Virus record (IMG/VR): IMGVR_UViG_3300033074_001347
Location: 23,189-87,188 of that record
Direction: 5' to 3' (one strand)
Length of the DNA stretch: 64,000 nucleotides
DNA from: a virus
Lineage: Duplodnaviria; Caudoviricetes
The notes under the pieces are model-generated. The model was not told where the DNA came from. It did no database searches and saw only the letters and a list, made by a program, of their open reading frames with translations. Shown here piece by piece: positions 8,766 through 18,600 of the stretch (position 1 is the stretch's first letter; every line of letters starts with the position of its first letter). The translations under genes and the position numbers were made by a program.

Positions 8766-9785
8766 ATGAGCTTTAATTTTATATGCCTACCGGATTTACA
8801 CCTAGAGAAATTAGAGAACTTATTTCCAAATAAGGATACGGTTTCTATGCAATTAGACGCTTGCTCAAAAGTTCTTGATCAAGCTCGTGAAAGAAATATA
8901 CGTACTATAGTACAGTTAGGCGACATATTTGAGAACCCAAAACCTAAACAAAATACTATTTTAAAACTTATACAATGGTTGCATATAAACAAGGACTTTG
9001 AATTCCACATAATACTAGGCAATCATGATTGGGAAAGTTCTGATAACCATAGTTTTGAGCTTTTAGATTTTGTATCTAAATCTAAAATATTGAGGCATGT
9101 AAATGTATATACTAAACCAACAGTGGTAAATTTTGGACCAGTACATTGCGGTTTTGTACCCTATCCTTTTGTAAAAGCTCCCAAATGTACGAAACCATTA
9201 TTATGTTTTGGTCATTTTGAGATTAAGGGAGCCAAAAGGGATAATGGTCAAGTTATAGCCAAGGGCCTAGAGCTTAAAACATCCAAGAAGTTGGATTGGA
9301 TAATAGGGCATTTACACTGTAAGCAACCTCCCTATTATCCAGGTACCTTATATCAATTATCGTTTGGCGAACCATTACCGAAGGGATATTTTGTATGTGA
9401 AGCGGATACTGTAAATGGGAAATTACTTATATCTCGCAGATGGGTGGAATTCAACCCTCCGTATAAACTAATTAATAGAGTAATTAACAAATCAAAAGAC
9501 CTACGTAATTTTGATGAACCAAACACCTATTATAAACTGTTTATAAAGTCTTCCATATCACTACCCGGGTCATTTTTACTGGAAAATCCTCAAGTACTAA
9601 AGATTGAACATTTTAGAGAGGATGTAAAAGTACAGGAAAAAGGAGGTCTATTAATAGAGGATCAGTCTAACCTATATTATGATCCTGTAGATGGACTACA
9701 AAATTTTCTAGTGGGAAGAGGCTTGACTAAAAAGCAGATTAATAAAGCCATTACTATGGTAAAGGCTGTTATAGGTCAAAATTAA
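8766..9785 (+). CDS. Mre11/SbcD (T4 gp47)-like metallophosphoesterase nuclease
   Basis: DLH, LGDIFE, LGNHD, FGHF, IGHLH and YPGT phosphoesterase motifs. Confidence 0.85.
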   Translation: MSFNFICLPDLHLEKLENLFPNKDTVSMQLDACSKVLDQARERNIRTIVQLGDIFENPKPKQNTILKLIQWLHINKDFEFHIILGNHDWESSDNHSFELLDFVSKSKILRHVNVYTKPTVVNFGPVHCGFVPYPFVKAPKCTKPLLCFGHFEIKGAKRDNGQVIAKGLELKTSKKLDWIIGHLHCKQPPYYPGTLYQLSFGEPLPKGYFVCEADTVNGKLLISRRWVEFNPPYKLINRVINKSKDLRNFDEPNTYYKLFIKSSISLPGSFLLENPQVLKIEHFREDVKVQEKGGLLIEDQSNLYYDPVDGLQNFLVGRGLTKKQINKAITMVKAVIGQN

Positions 9786-9806
9786 AAAACGTAAAGTTAA
9801 CATAAT

Positions 9807-9831
9807 AGGGAAGCATGGTCTTCCCTTTTTT
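9807..9831 (+). terminator. Hairpin / Rho-independent terminator
   Basis: AGGGAAG-catggt-CTTCCCT-TTTTT. Confidence 0.7.
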
Positions 9832-9851
9832 ATTAAAAAGGAGTATACCAT

Positions 9852-10382
9852 ATGTGTATTAGTGTCACCAGACCAGATCTACTACGAAAACTGTATAATG
9901 ATGTAGAGTTGCCCCAATATCAGACTAGGTATAGTGCGGGAGCAGATATAAGAGCATATTTACCAGATGTAGGTAGTGTATATATTGCACCAGGTAGATA
10001 TGCACTAATAAGTACGGGTTTGGCTCTAAATATGACACAAATAAAGGAGATCAAACCAGTATTAAGTCCCGTATCTGATTTAAATAGGTCTGCGACGGTG
10101 AATTTTACCTCCTATGACCAATTATATGAAGTACAAATAAGAAGCCGTAGTGGCCTGGCTCTAAAGAGAGGGTTGGTAGTTGCTCAAGGTGTTGGCACCA
10201 TAGACATGGATTATACCGGAGAGATAAAAGTTATACTACATAACATAAGTGGTGGTGAACAATATGTAGAGCATGGTGAAAGAATAGCACAGCTGGTATT
10301 ACTACCAATAATGCACATGAACTTAGAGGTAATTAGTAAGGATAGGGGCGACGGCGGCTTCGGATCAACAGGGGGTAATTAG
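9852..10382 (+). CDS. dut: Trimeric dUTPase
   Basis: Motifs I-V present: AGADI, RSRSGLA, GTIDMDYTGEI, RIAQLV, RGDGGFGSTG. Confidence 0.93.
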   Translation: MCISVTRPDLLRKLYNDVELPQYQTRYSAGADIRAYLPDVGSVYIAPGRYALISTGLALNMTQIKEIKPVLSPVSDLNRSATVNFTSYDQLYEVQIRSRSGLALKRGLVVAQGVGTIDMDYTGEIKVILHNISGGEQYVEHGERIAQLVLLPIMHMNLEVISKDRGDGGFGSTGGN

Positions 10383-10383
10383 T

Positions 10384-10770
10384 ATGAAACAACTATACAT
10401 TAGCTTAGCTTCTCCATACTACATTGCACAGGAGGACACAGATAAATTCAATATTTTGTTCAAGGAACTTTATAGTAAAATATCTGAACATATGCTAGAG
10501 GATATACGGCCAATAGATAAGTCTCCAATCCTTGAATTTGATGACTCTAGAACCTATAATTATGGGTATGGCATGTATGGTAAAATACATGCCCGTCGTG
10601 CCGTAGAAAAATTAATGTCGTTAATGGATATACCCGTGTTGTCTATCCTACGTCCATCAATCCAACTTATTAGTATAGATGTAGATAACACTGGGGAGCC
10701 CAAGACTAAATTCGCAATAAAGTTTAATTGGCACTCTAACAAGTTTAGACTAGACTGCAAATTACAATAA
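10384..10770 (+). CDS. Hypothetical protein
   Basis: 128 aa ORF, tightly packed. Confidence 0.65.
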   Translation: MKQLYISLASPYYIAQEDTDKFNILFKELYSKISEHMLEDIRPIDKSPILEFDDSRTYNYGYGMYGKIHARRAVEKLMSLMDIPVLSILRPSIQLISIDVDNTGEPKTKFAIKFNWHSNKFRLDCKLQ

Positions 10771-10781
10771 GGAGGTATACA

Positions 10782-11228
10782 GTGGGTATATTTAGTAGGA
10801 TCAAAGAACTTATAATTGATTTTTGTGAGCCGCCTGTGCCTTATAATTGGCACAGACTACCTTGGATGTCTAAGCACCTTAATGCTATATTAGTTGCGTA
10901 TATGAATAAAAAGTATAGATTTACATTTAGGACAGTCTATAAATCCTCTTTTGTAATAAAAAGATCCATACTTTTGCCTTTTATACGCTATAGGTATTTA
11001 ATCCTTAATAATAGGTTATTTAAGGGTAAGGATTGTACCGTCCTTTATGATGTTCCCAATTTTATAGGTCTTAATGGTAAGGAGTTGAGTCTTAGAGAAT
11101 CCTCCAGAATTATTGAAAAACATATTAAGCTAATGCTGCTTGATAAACAACCCGCATGGTACAGTCCAAAGGGTTTAAACATTAACTTAAGATTAAATCT
11201 ACGCCAATGCAAAAGGAAACCGCGCTAG
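10782..11228 (+). CDS. Hypothetical basic protein
   Basis: 148 aa ORF; GGAGG SD before a GTG start. Confidence 0.65.
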   Translation: MGIFSRIKELIIDFCEPPVPYNWHRLPWMSKHLNAILVAYMNKKYRFTFRTVYKSSFVIKRSILLPFIRYRYLILNNRLFKGKDCTVLYDVPNFIGLNGKELSLRESSRIIEKHIKLMLLDKQPAWYSPKGLNINLRLNLRQCKRKPR

Positions 11229-12163
11229 CATGGCTAGCTAAAATACCGTCTGATAGAAAAAGAGTAGAGGATAAAGGAGTATGGATTTGTTGCCCTTTTC
11301 ATAAAGACGGAAAAGAGCGCACTCCTTCATTGAAACTAAACTTAGATCCTAGTACAGGGGTCCCTGTCGGTGCATTCTTCTGCTTCGCTTGTGGAGAACA
11401 TGGCTCGTGGAATAAAATAGCGGCTAAATTAGGACTACCTCAAGTAGGTAATAATAACCCAGAAAATGGGTTATATGCTTATGGAGTAGATGGGGCATTG
11501 GTGAATGAGGCTATGGGGAATGCGGAGGTGGCCACCGCCACACACCATATACTTCCTAATGAAACTCTAACTGGTATTTGGGAAGATGATTGGAGAGGAA
11601 TAAGTGGAAAATTACTTAAAAGGCTAGGAGCACAACATTTACTCAATGACACCTACGGCACAGAGAGGGTATATATACCTGTGCATATTATGGGTGAAGA
11701 AGTAGGAGCCGTAAAAGCCTGTCCGACGGGGGAATCAAAACTAAAGTACATAAATACTCCCGGGGAGTGGAGAAAAAACAGTTTATTTCCTTATGACTAT
11801 ACTGCACGCCTAATACATAAGTATAAATACAACTACACAATATTATGTGAAGGTCCTAGGGACGCTTTAAATTTGGTGCAGTATAAAGTCCCTGCATTAG
11901 CCACTCTTGGTGCCGGTATAAAGCCAGATGAGAAATGGACTTCAAAAATCAGTACGTTGCTGAATTTTTTGGGCGTAGAAAAAATAGTGCTGGCATTTGA
12001 CCCTGATGAAGCTGGCAACAAAGCCACAAAAGTGTATAAGGAAGTACTAACCACCGTAGGCTTTAAGGTAAGCCGCATAAAATTTCAATCAAAGCCAGAA
12101 AAGCAGGACCCCGGCGCTCTTAGCAAATCCGCTATATTATCCCTAAAGAAAAGGTTAGACTAA
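11207..12163 (+). CDS. dnaG: DNA primase (CHC2 zinc finger + TOPRIM)
   Basis: CPFH...CFAC zinc finger; TOPRIM motifs LCEGPRDA and LAFDPDEAG. Confidence 0.88.
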   Translation: MQKETALAWLAKIPSDRKRVEDKGVWICCPFHKDGKERTPSLKLNLDPSTGVPVGAFFCFACGEHGSWNKIAAKLGLPQVGNNNPENGLYAYGVDGALVNEAMGNAEVATATHHILPNETLTGIWEDDWRGISGKLLKRLGAQHLLNDTYGTERVYIPVHIMGEEVGAVKACPTGESKLKYINTPGEWRKNSLFPYDYTARLIHKYKYNYTILCEGPRDALNLVQYKVPALATLGAGIKPDEKWTSKISTLLNFLGVEKIVLAFDPDEAGNKATKVYKEVLTTVGFKVSRIKFQSKPEKQDPGALSKSAILSLKKRLD

Positions 12164-12183
12164 AAAGGCCCCTAACAGGGGCC
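12162..12183 (-). terminator. Terminator for the leftward operon at the convergent junction
   Basis: On the - strand: GGCCCCT-gtt-AGGGGCC-TTTTTAGTC. Confidence 0.7.
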
Positions 12184-12225
12184 AAGTGGGCCGGCACAGT
12201 CAGCCCTCTATTTATTCTTCTTATA

Positions 12226-12516
12226 TTATAACGGAAGCGAACCTTGTTCGGGGGACGGCTTGATGCCTACTGCATACGGGTTTATCCCTCCCCCGAAAAC
12301 GATACGCACGTTGGGATTGTGCTTTCTGGCGTAAGCCACCCAGTCGTGCATGACGGTGATTTGCTCTTCCGTCAGATCACCCTTTCCGGTGAAAGACGCT
12401 TTCACCGTGCTGAGCGACCCCAGAGGAAGGGATGCCGAGACCCTCCCGCTGGAATCCACCACATGGGTGATGTCGGTCCCAGCGCGATTGCGCTCAAACT
12501 CCATCCTTTGTATCAT
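12226..12516 (-). CDS. Hypothetical protein in a GC-rich island
   Basis: GGGAGGA SD 4 nt before the ATG; about 57-63% GC in sampled lines. Confidence 0.7.
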   Translation of the reverse strand: MIQRMEFERNRAGTDITHVVDSSGRVSASLPLGSLSTVKASFTGKGDLTEEQITVMHDWVAYARKHNPNVRIVFGGGINPYAVGIKPSPEQGSLPL

Positions 12517-12526
12517 GAATTCCTCC

Positions 12527-12679
12527 CTAGTTTTTGATTGGTTTCATGTCTGTGTCAGCACCTACGATGATGATGCTGTCACGCGATCTTGGGCTGAGCA
12601 TTGCCACGGCTAGTATCAGTACCAGTACCGATCCTACGCTGGCCAGCATGGCCCAGCCATAGAATTTAGATATTTCCAT
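12527..12679 (-). CDS. 50-aa single-pass membrane protein (below the ORF track cutoff)
   Basis: Hand translation MEISKFYGWAMLASVGSVLVLILAVAMLSPRSRDSIIIVGADTDMKPIKN*; the stop abuts the SD of the next gene. Confidence 0.6.
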   Translation of the reverse strand: MEISKFYGWAMLASVGSVLVLILAVAMLSPRSRDSIIIVGADTDMKPIKN

Positions 12680-12771
12680 GGCTCATTTCCCTTTTGAAAG
12701 TTCTGATGATTCGGTGGACACACATACCACATTTTAGTCATATTAAATTAACATAATTAAGACATAGTATG

Positions 12772-13386
12772 CTAACCTATAATATATACAAAGGATAACA
12801 GAGCTGTTTGCTTATACTTTTCTGTTAATGTATATGTTTTATCCTTAAATTCGTCCCATTGTGATGGGGGAATCGTAAAGCACCCTAGTGAATTATTTGA
12901 AGTAAAGCCACCTTTATGGATGTCTATCCAAAATCGTTGCCCTAAGCTATCTCTGTCTGGTATAGACTGACCTCCTTGTATTTCAGGGTCTCTTAGTACT
13001 TGCACAGTACTATATTGTCTCCATGCCATGTGGGGGAATAAACCAGTTATGCCATGCTTACCTTTGGTGTGTAATAATACCTGCGGGGATTGAACCGTAG
13101 CAACACCCTTTCTAAATAAGGGCTGGGGATTTGTATTTGCATTAAATATCTTTAAGGAACACCCATTTTCAAATAATATTAACACATCGTTGTATGACCC
13201 ACGATCTGGCTGATCCTTAAAAAAATTTCTTAAAAATAGGCATGTAATAGGATAATCTTTTAGCGCGCCACTATATAGTCCCTTGTCATCAGCGGCTTTC
13301 TTTTTAAGCATTTTCTCGTCTAATAGTTCTGTAAAATCAAGCAAATCGGCAGGTGTTAGCTTAATCTGTGCTAGCGTCAGCGCCAT
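12772..13386 (-). CDS. Putative endolysin with a YkuD/L,D-transpeptidase-like catalytic motif
   Basis: IDIHKGG...SLGCFTI (His...S-x-G-C); lies immediately downstream of the spanin pair; no signal peptide. Confidence 0.6.
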   Translation of the reverse strand: MALTLAQIKLTPADLLDFTELLDEKMLKKKAADDKGLYSGALKDYPITCLFLRNFFKDQPDRGSYNDVLILFENGCSLKIFNANTNPQPLFRKGVATVQSPQVLLHTKGKHGITGLFPHMAWRQYSTVQVLRDPEIQGGQSIPDRDSLGQRFWIDIHKGGFTSNNSLGCFTIPPSQWDEFKDKTYTLTEKYKQTALLSFVYIIG

Positions 13387-13387
13387 T

Positions 13388-13666
13388 TTATTTTCCCTCG
13401 CATGAATTGGTTGATTCTAATATACTCAGCCTATCCTCTAACCCCGCTATATACACGTTTAATTTTGTTAAATTAAGTAATATTTTCTGATGCTCATCCG
13501 CAGGCATACAAATAAGACCTCCTTGCGCATTCGCATATTCCCAATATTCTAGCGTGGGTTTATCTAGTTTAATGGTATTTTTAGTGCCTATATCTGTTGT
13601 AGCACAGCCTATTAATATATGTGCATAAATAAACAAAAACATGCTTGTAAATACTAGTCTATTCAT
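13388..13666 (-). CDS. Putative o-spanin (outer-membrane lipoprotein)
   Basis: GGAGG SD before ATG 13666; hydrophobic signal ending in lipobox ILIG-C; further Cys residues downstream. Confidence 0.7.
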   Translation of the reverse strand: MNRLVFTSMFLFIYAHILIGCATTDIGTKNTIKLDKPTLEYWEYANAQGGLICMPADEHQKILLNLTKLNVYIAGLEDRLSILESTNSCEGK

Positions 13667-13677
13667 ACTAAGACCTC

Positions 13678-14166
13678 CTATATTTTTATCCACCTACCCG
13701 CAACACACTTACCATCGGTTTTACCAAAGTTATCTACAATACACTTGGCATTACTATTAAGGTCTTTGGTAACTTTATTAGGGTTAGCTTTTTGTTGAGC
13801 TGATAGCTTTTTACAGTCGGGAGTAGAAGCCGCGATGGCTTCTACTTGCTTTAATCTCTTGGCATCTCTAGCCGCTAGGTCTTTTATTTGCTGTATATTT
13901 TTCTTATAAGTTGACTCATTTAGGGCGATTTGGGTATTCAATTTTTCTATGGTCTTTAGGTTTAAATCAATCTGTGTTTCTAATGACGCGGATTTGTCAT
14001 GGTAGTACTTTGTAGAATAAAGTAAGCCCATGACAATAATTATGTTTATAGTTAATATAATCTCACGAGGATTCTCCCGTATCAAATCTAGTAAGCCGGT
14101 AGCCCAAGTTAACAATAAGTTCACCATGGATTTAATAAAGTTAATTATAACTAATAGTGTGTTCAT
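13678..14166 (-). CDS. Putative i-spanin
   Basis: One TM segment (IILTINIIIVMGLLY), long coiled coil and C-terminal Cys; directly upstream of the lipoprotein. Confidence 0.7.
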   Translation of the reverse strand: MNTLLVIINFIKSMVNLLLTWATGLLDLIRENPREIILTINIIIVMGLLYSTKYYHDKSASLETQIDLNLKTIEKLNTQIALNESTYKKNIQQIKDLAARDAKRLKQVEAIAASTPDCKKLSAQQKANPNKVTKDLNSNAKCIVDNFGKTDGKCVAGRWIKI

Positions 14167-14414
14167 TCAATGCCCCACCTATATTTAGTTTGTCTTAGTA
14201 CTTTAATGACCTTTTTACCATTATCCCAAAAAGTAATAGAATTATTATCTAGTACTAAGGAATAACAGTGGTATTCATTATACACCGTAAATTCTCTCTC
14301 ACCGTTATTGTGTAGACATGATTCTATTTCAAGCATAGTCTCACTCAAATCACCAAATTCTAACTTGGAACCTAGCCCGGTCAATACCGCACCAAACATA
14401 GAGTATAAGTTCAT
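14163..14414 (-). CDS. Hypothetical protein
   Basis: 83 aa ORF overlapping the i-spanin start. Confidence 0.55.
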   Translation of the reverse strand: MNLYSMFGAVLTGLGSKLEFGDLSETMLEIESCLHNNGEREFTVYNEYHCYSLVLDNNSITFWDNGKKVIKVLRQTKYRWGIE

Positions 14415-14423
14415 AACAAGTCC

Positions 14424-14708
14424 TTAATTAACAGATACATTAGGTGACCCCTGTGCCACGGTATCCCCGCAGGAAATAGGGTCCCCTATTCTACCAACGG
14501 CCAACCCGTTTGCTGTTACATTTGGGCTACCGCCGCTTAGCGAACCTCCATGACAACTAGGGCCACAACAATGTGTTGCATAGCTATCACCTACTCTTAC
14601 CACGCCGATACCATTAACCTTTACGTCGGAAGACGCACTAGTAGAAGGTCTTGCAGGAAAGCACCCGTGGCCGCTTGATAAATCACCTAACCTCGTTATA
14701 GCAGGCAT
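14424..14708 (-). CDS. PAAR-domain spike tip protein (T4 gp5.4-like)
   Basis: MPAITRLGD..GHGCFP, VRVGD...HCC...H and GRIGDPISCGD.VAQGSPNV. Confidence 0.92.
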   Translation of the reverse strand: MPAITRLGDLSSGHGCFPARPSTSASSDVKVNGIGVVRVGDSYATHCCGPSCHGGSLSGGSPNVTANGLAVGRIGDPISCGDTVAQGSPNVSVN

Positions 14709-15259
14709 TAGACCAAACCCCAATGACCTTCCCTATAAAGGAACTTAGCTATTAGTTGATCGTCTATATGAAATTCTACAGAATTTTTACCTGATATGGT
14801 AAGAGAGTAATCTTCATCATTCTCCTGATATTTAATCGTGTAGTATGTAATCCCCCCATGCTCTATTGTAGAAACCTTTACCTTGTCTGTATCTACCGCT
14901 ATGTCTAGTGATTCTACTATTTTATCTGTGTGATGGTTAATATCGCTGGCTGTAAAGGACTTGCATGTCACTATCTCTAGTATCTTTATTATTTCGGCAT
15001 ATACATCAATAGGCTTACCGTTTTTTCTTAATGGCGGGTTTAACCAAATTTGTGAACCTGCCTGAGTTTTTAGCACAATGTCATTCTTGGTAAAGATATT
15101 GATATCCTTAGCAATAATATTAAGGGAACTGTTTATCCCATCAATATAAATGTTACCCTTATCATCTTTATAGAATGCAACGCTATTTAGCAAGTCTTGG
15201 AGGGAGATAGGTTCTATCTCCCTCTTATCCCCATTGGGTAAAGTTAGTTCCATAGGCAT
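14708..15259 (-). CDS. Hypothetical protein upstream of PAAR
   Basis: 183 aa; TAATG-coupled to PAAR; short beta-strand-like run resembling spike repeats (weak). Confidence 0.6.
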   Translation of the reverse strand: MPMELTLPNGDKREIEPISLQDLLNSVAFYKDDKGNIYIDGINSSLNIIAKDINIFTKNDIVLKTQAGSQIWLNPPLRKNGKPIDVYAEIIKILEIVTCKSFTASDINHHTDKIVESLDIAVDTDKVKVSTIEHGGITYYTIKYQENDEDYSLTISGKNSVEFHIDDQLIAKFLYREGHWGLV

Positions 15260-15293
15260 AATGTTTTTCCTTATTTAATAACTAAACTTTACG

Positions 15294-15635
15294 CTATTTT
15301 CGTATTACCCGTGATACTAGGCTAGTTTTATTTGTATCCTCCGATTCGCTATTACCCTCTGACTGTATAGTGGTAGCCACAGGACTAGAATATATAGTGG
15401 CTAAACCCATATAAGCCCCTACTAAACTAAATAAACTTATTATAACGGTAGTAGTTATTGACTCAAATGTACCTACCTTAGATAGTATATCAGTACCAAA
15501 AATAACGTCTACTATAGCCAGTACAAATAAAACTATAAGTATCCCTACAGCCATTCGTAGAGAAAACATGGCTATGAACCTACGGTATTTCCACCGGGCG
15601 TTATCCAACGCCACGTCCTCGTTTTGAGTGCTCAT
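15294..15635 (-). CDS. Putative holin (two TM helices)
   Basis: RWKYRR followed by two hydrophobic helices (second ends SLVGAYMGLAT) and a charged C-terminus; near the spanins. Confidence 0.5.
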   Translation of the reverse strand: MSTQNEDVALDNARWKYRRFIAMFSLRMAVGILIVLFVLAIVDVIFGTDILSKVGTFESITTTVIISLFSLVGAYMGLATIYSSPVATTIQSEGNSESEDTNKTSLVSRVIRK

Positions 15636-15644
15636 TTCAATATC

Positions 15645-18600
15645 CTATGTATTTAATTCATAACTGAAAGTCAAATCTGCCCCCGGATTAACATCCGCCG
15701 TTATAGTGTAGTTTCTTGTTGAGCTATTATAGGATGAATATACCTGTTTAGCAGCACCATAACTAGTTGTTGGTATTAATCTTAGGTTCATCGGTGTTGG
15801 GTCTGATTGGTTATATCCCCTAGTCCATCCCATACCTGCAATAGTAGCTCCTGTTGGTGAAGTATAGTGGTTAGGTATGTTTATAGTCACAGAAGTACTA
15901 CCATTAGGTATAGTTATCGTGCCTCTTATTCTATCGCTATTACTTCCTTCGTTGTCCCTATAAGTACTAGTGGTTTTGCTAAAGGAGAAGCTGGTTTTAG
16001 TCATAGATGACCCATATTCTCTATTTGAGAAGAAGTAATTATTGCCTGATGTACCAGACCCTTCTGTAATAAATGACGTAGCACTATTATTACAAGCAGT
16101 ATTATTATCAACGTATATGTATTGTCCATTTTGTAAAAATACTATAGGCGAACCTATGAATCCCGTAAAATGATTAGACGTTATTTTATGATTAACAGGC
16201 ACTTGTGATGTTGAACTATTTGTCTTTAATAGGATGGCATTAAGTGCACAAATAAGTCTACCGTCTGATCCATTATAAGATCCTATGAACTCGTTACCCT
16301 TAATTATGTGACTATCCCCACCAACGACAGATATCATTTCACCTGCTTGCTTTCTAACATAAGCACTGGCCGATAACCCTGATTCATTATATGACGCACT
16401 AGCATATTTTTGAGCAACTGTATAACTTATTATCTTGTTAGTGTTGTCTATAGCGGTTACTAGAAATGTGCCATTGTTTGAGGCGTTAGCCGCACCTGAA
16501 ATAGTTATAGTGGTATATGTGGTGCCTAATGATGATAAGTCTGGGCTACCAGAGAAGGTTGCCCTCATAGTGACACCAGAAGCATAACTTATGTCGGCAA
16601 CAGTTAAGCCTGTAACATTAGAGACAGATGTTTGTGCTGCCGGATTACTAATTTTATTATTTTCTATAGACACATTTTTACTACCATTTATTATTATGGC
16701 ATTTCTTACTGTGCGACCGATCATGCAATCTGATAATCTACATCTAGCAACATAATCAAACCTAACGCTTGTGCTCTCAAGGAATGCCACACCCCCAGCA
16801 TCATTATTCATAGTGCAGCCTACTATATTTACATCACTCACATTTTCTTCATATCCAGATACAGACGTAACACGAACAAGAGTTCCTTTACCTATATTCG
16901 TATGCGTACCAAAGTGACATCCCACAGCATTTACGTTCCTTATTTTAGAACCTAGCGATGCACTACTACTAATAATAAGTACTTTGAAAGAGCTATTGTT
17001 AGTTGAATTTAGGCAGCAGTTGGATATTTGTATGCGTTCCATTAAATACGGGCCGCTAGAGTCCTCTTGAGTTAAACTAATTGAATCGTCACCAGAGTTA
17101 ATATTCATATCTGAAATATTAATATCCGTGCAGCTTTGAGTCAAGTGCCAGCCGTCCTCCCCTGTATCATTACCGCTAAACATACCCGCACCTGTCACCA
17201 CTCCATATCTAGAGTTACGACATTGGCCGGTAAAGCTACCAGCGTCATTACCTTTTGTTTTATACCCGTGAACACTAAATTCTTCGGTATTGGTGATACC
17301 AAGGCCCTTACGGCTTTGAGTGATAGTTCTAGCAGGGAATTCTATATATCCACCATCCCAATAAAAATGTACATTCTTAGTTACATACCCGTTTGCTTTA
17401 TCAGGATTTATAGAACAAATACAGAAGTTATATCCGGTATTAATATAGTTGATAAGGCGTGCCTTAACTATTATGGTGCAATTATCGGGGTAATATAGTG
17501 GCTCTTGTCCTGCCACCTTACACCCTGATATTGTCCCTGATTCATCAAGAGTATTATCAGTTCTAGAGGTTGTAACTGTTATTTGTTTTATACCAGTGCT
17601 ATCATCAAGGTTTGTTATCTCAAAGATACCATTATTATCGTCTTTGGTTGCGTTGCGTACAGTAAGAAATACCCTACCTGCACTCACTAAAGTAGGGGTA
17701 AAGGCTGGCAGAGTGGGTTCATTTCCTATTTGTGTCCACGATACTGCCCCGTCTGAAACAGTGCCACTTGTATGTGTGGGCGCAGTAGAGCCTGATGTAC
17801 CGCCTGCCGTTGTTCTATAGACTCTAGCGCAAGCTCCCGCGTATGTCCACGATACTGCCCCGTCTGAAACAGTGCCACTTGTATGTGTGGGCGCAGTAGA
17901 GCCTGATGTACCGCCTGCTGTCGTGGTGTATAAATAATTACCATTTGTGGTTTGCGCACCCGCAGCATAAACAGTGCCAGTTTGCCACTGTGGAGCTTTT
18001 AAACTACTGACAATTGCACCCGCAGCATAAACAGTGCCAGTTTGCCATCTGGCACCAGAGAATGTAAATTTTACAGAATTAGTAGACACATACTCCACCT
18101 TTAGAGCGTTAAGACTGCCAACTTCCTGTGTTACCGTAGCAACATCTGTTCCCAATCTAATCCCGTTTCCATCATCCGCATCAATTATGAAAGTAGTGTG
18201 CGGACCTGTTGGGCTTGCCTTTAGAAACATTTTAAATAGTCCTGACAAGCTATTTGTCGCTCCCGTGTGGTCAATACCCTTAAAGTCCCTAGAATGAAAC
18301 ACCGTACCAGATGTGGAAAGGTGATCTGATATTTTATGAGAAACAGTGGTTCCCGTGGCTAAAATAACAGAATCACCAGTTATACCTGATACTGATTCTG
18401 CTGCGGCCACGGCAGTTGCTGCACTAGCCGCCGCTGCAATAGCATTTTCTTCTGCGTTCTGTATATCTGTAATATTTGCAGCAACAGTCTGTATCTCACT
18501 AGATATACCTGCCACGGCATTTATATTTTTGGATATAATGGTAGTTAACGAATTAATTGGACCTGTTAAATACTGATTAATGAAATCTGGTAAACTAGAT

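Noticed and set aside
12244-12613. + strand ORFs 12244-12537 and 12350-12613
   Set aside because: Shadow ORFs of the GC-rich island; the - strand pair has the strong SD, tight packing and a matching terminator.
17733-18047. Direct repeats as a CRISPR array
   Set aside because: They are in-frame coding repeats inside a fibre ORF, with two copies each and no spacer series or cas genes.
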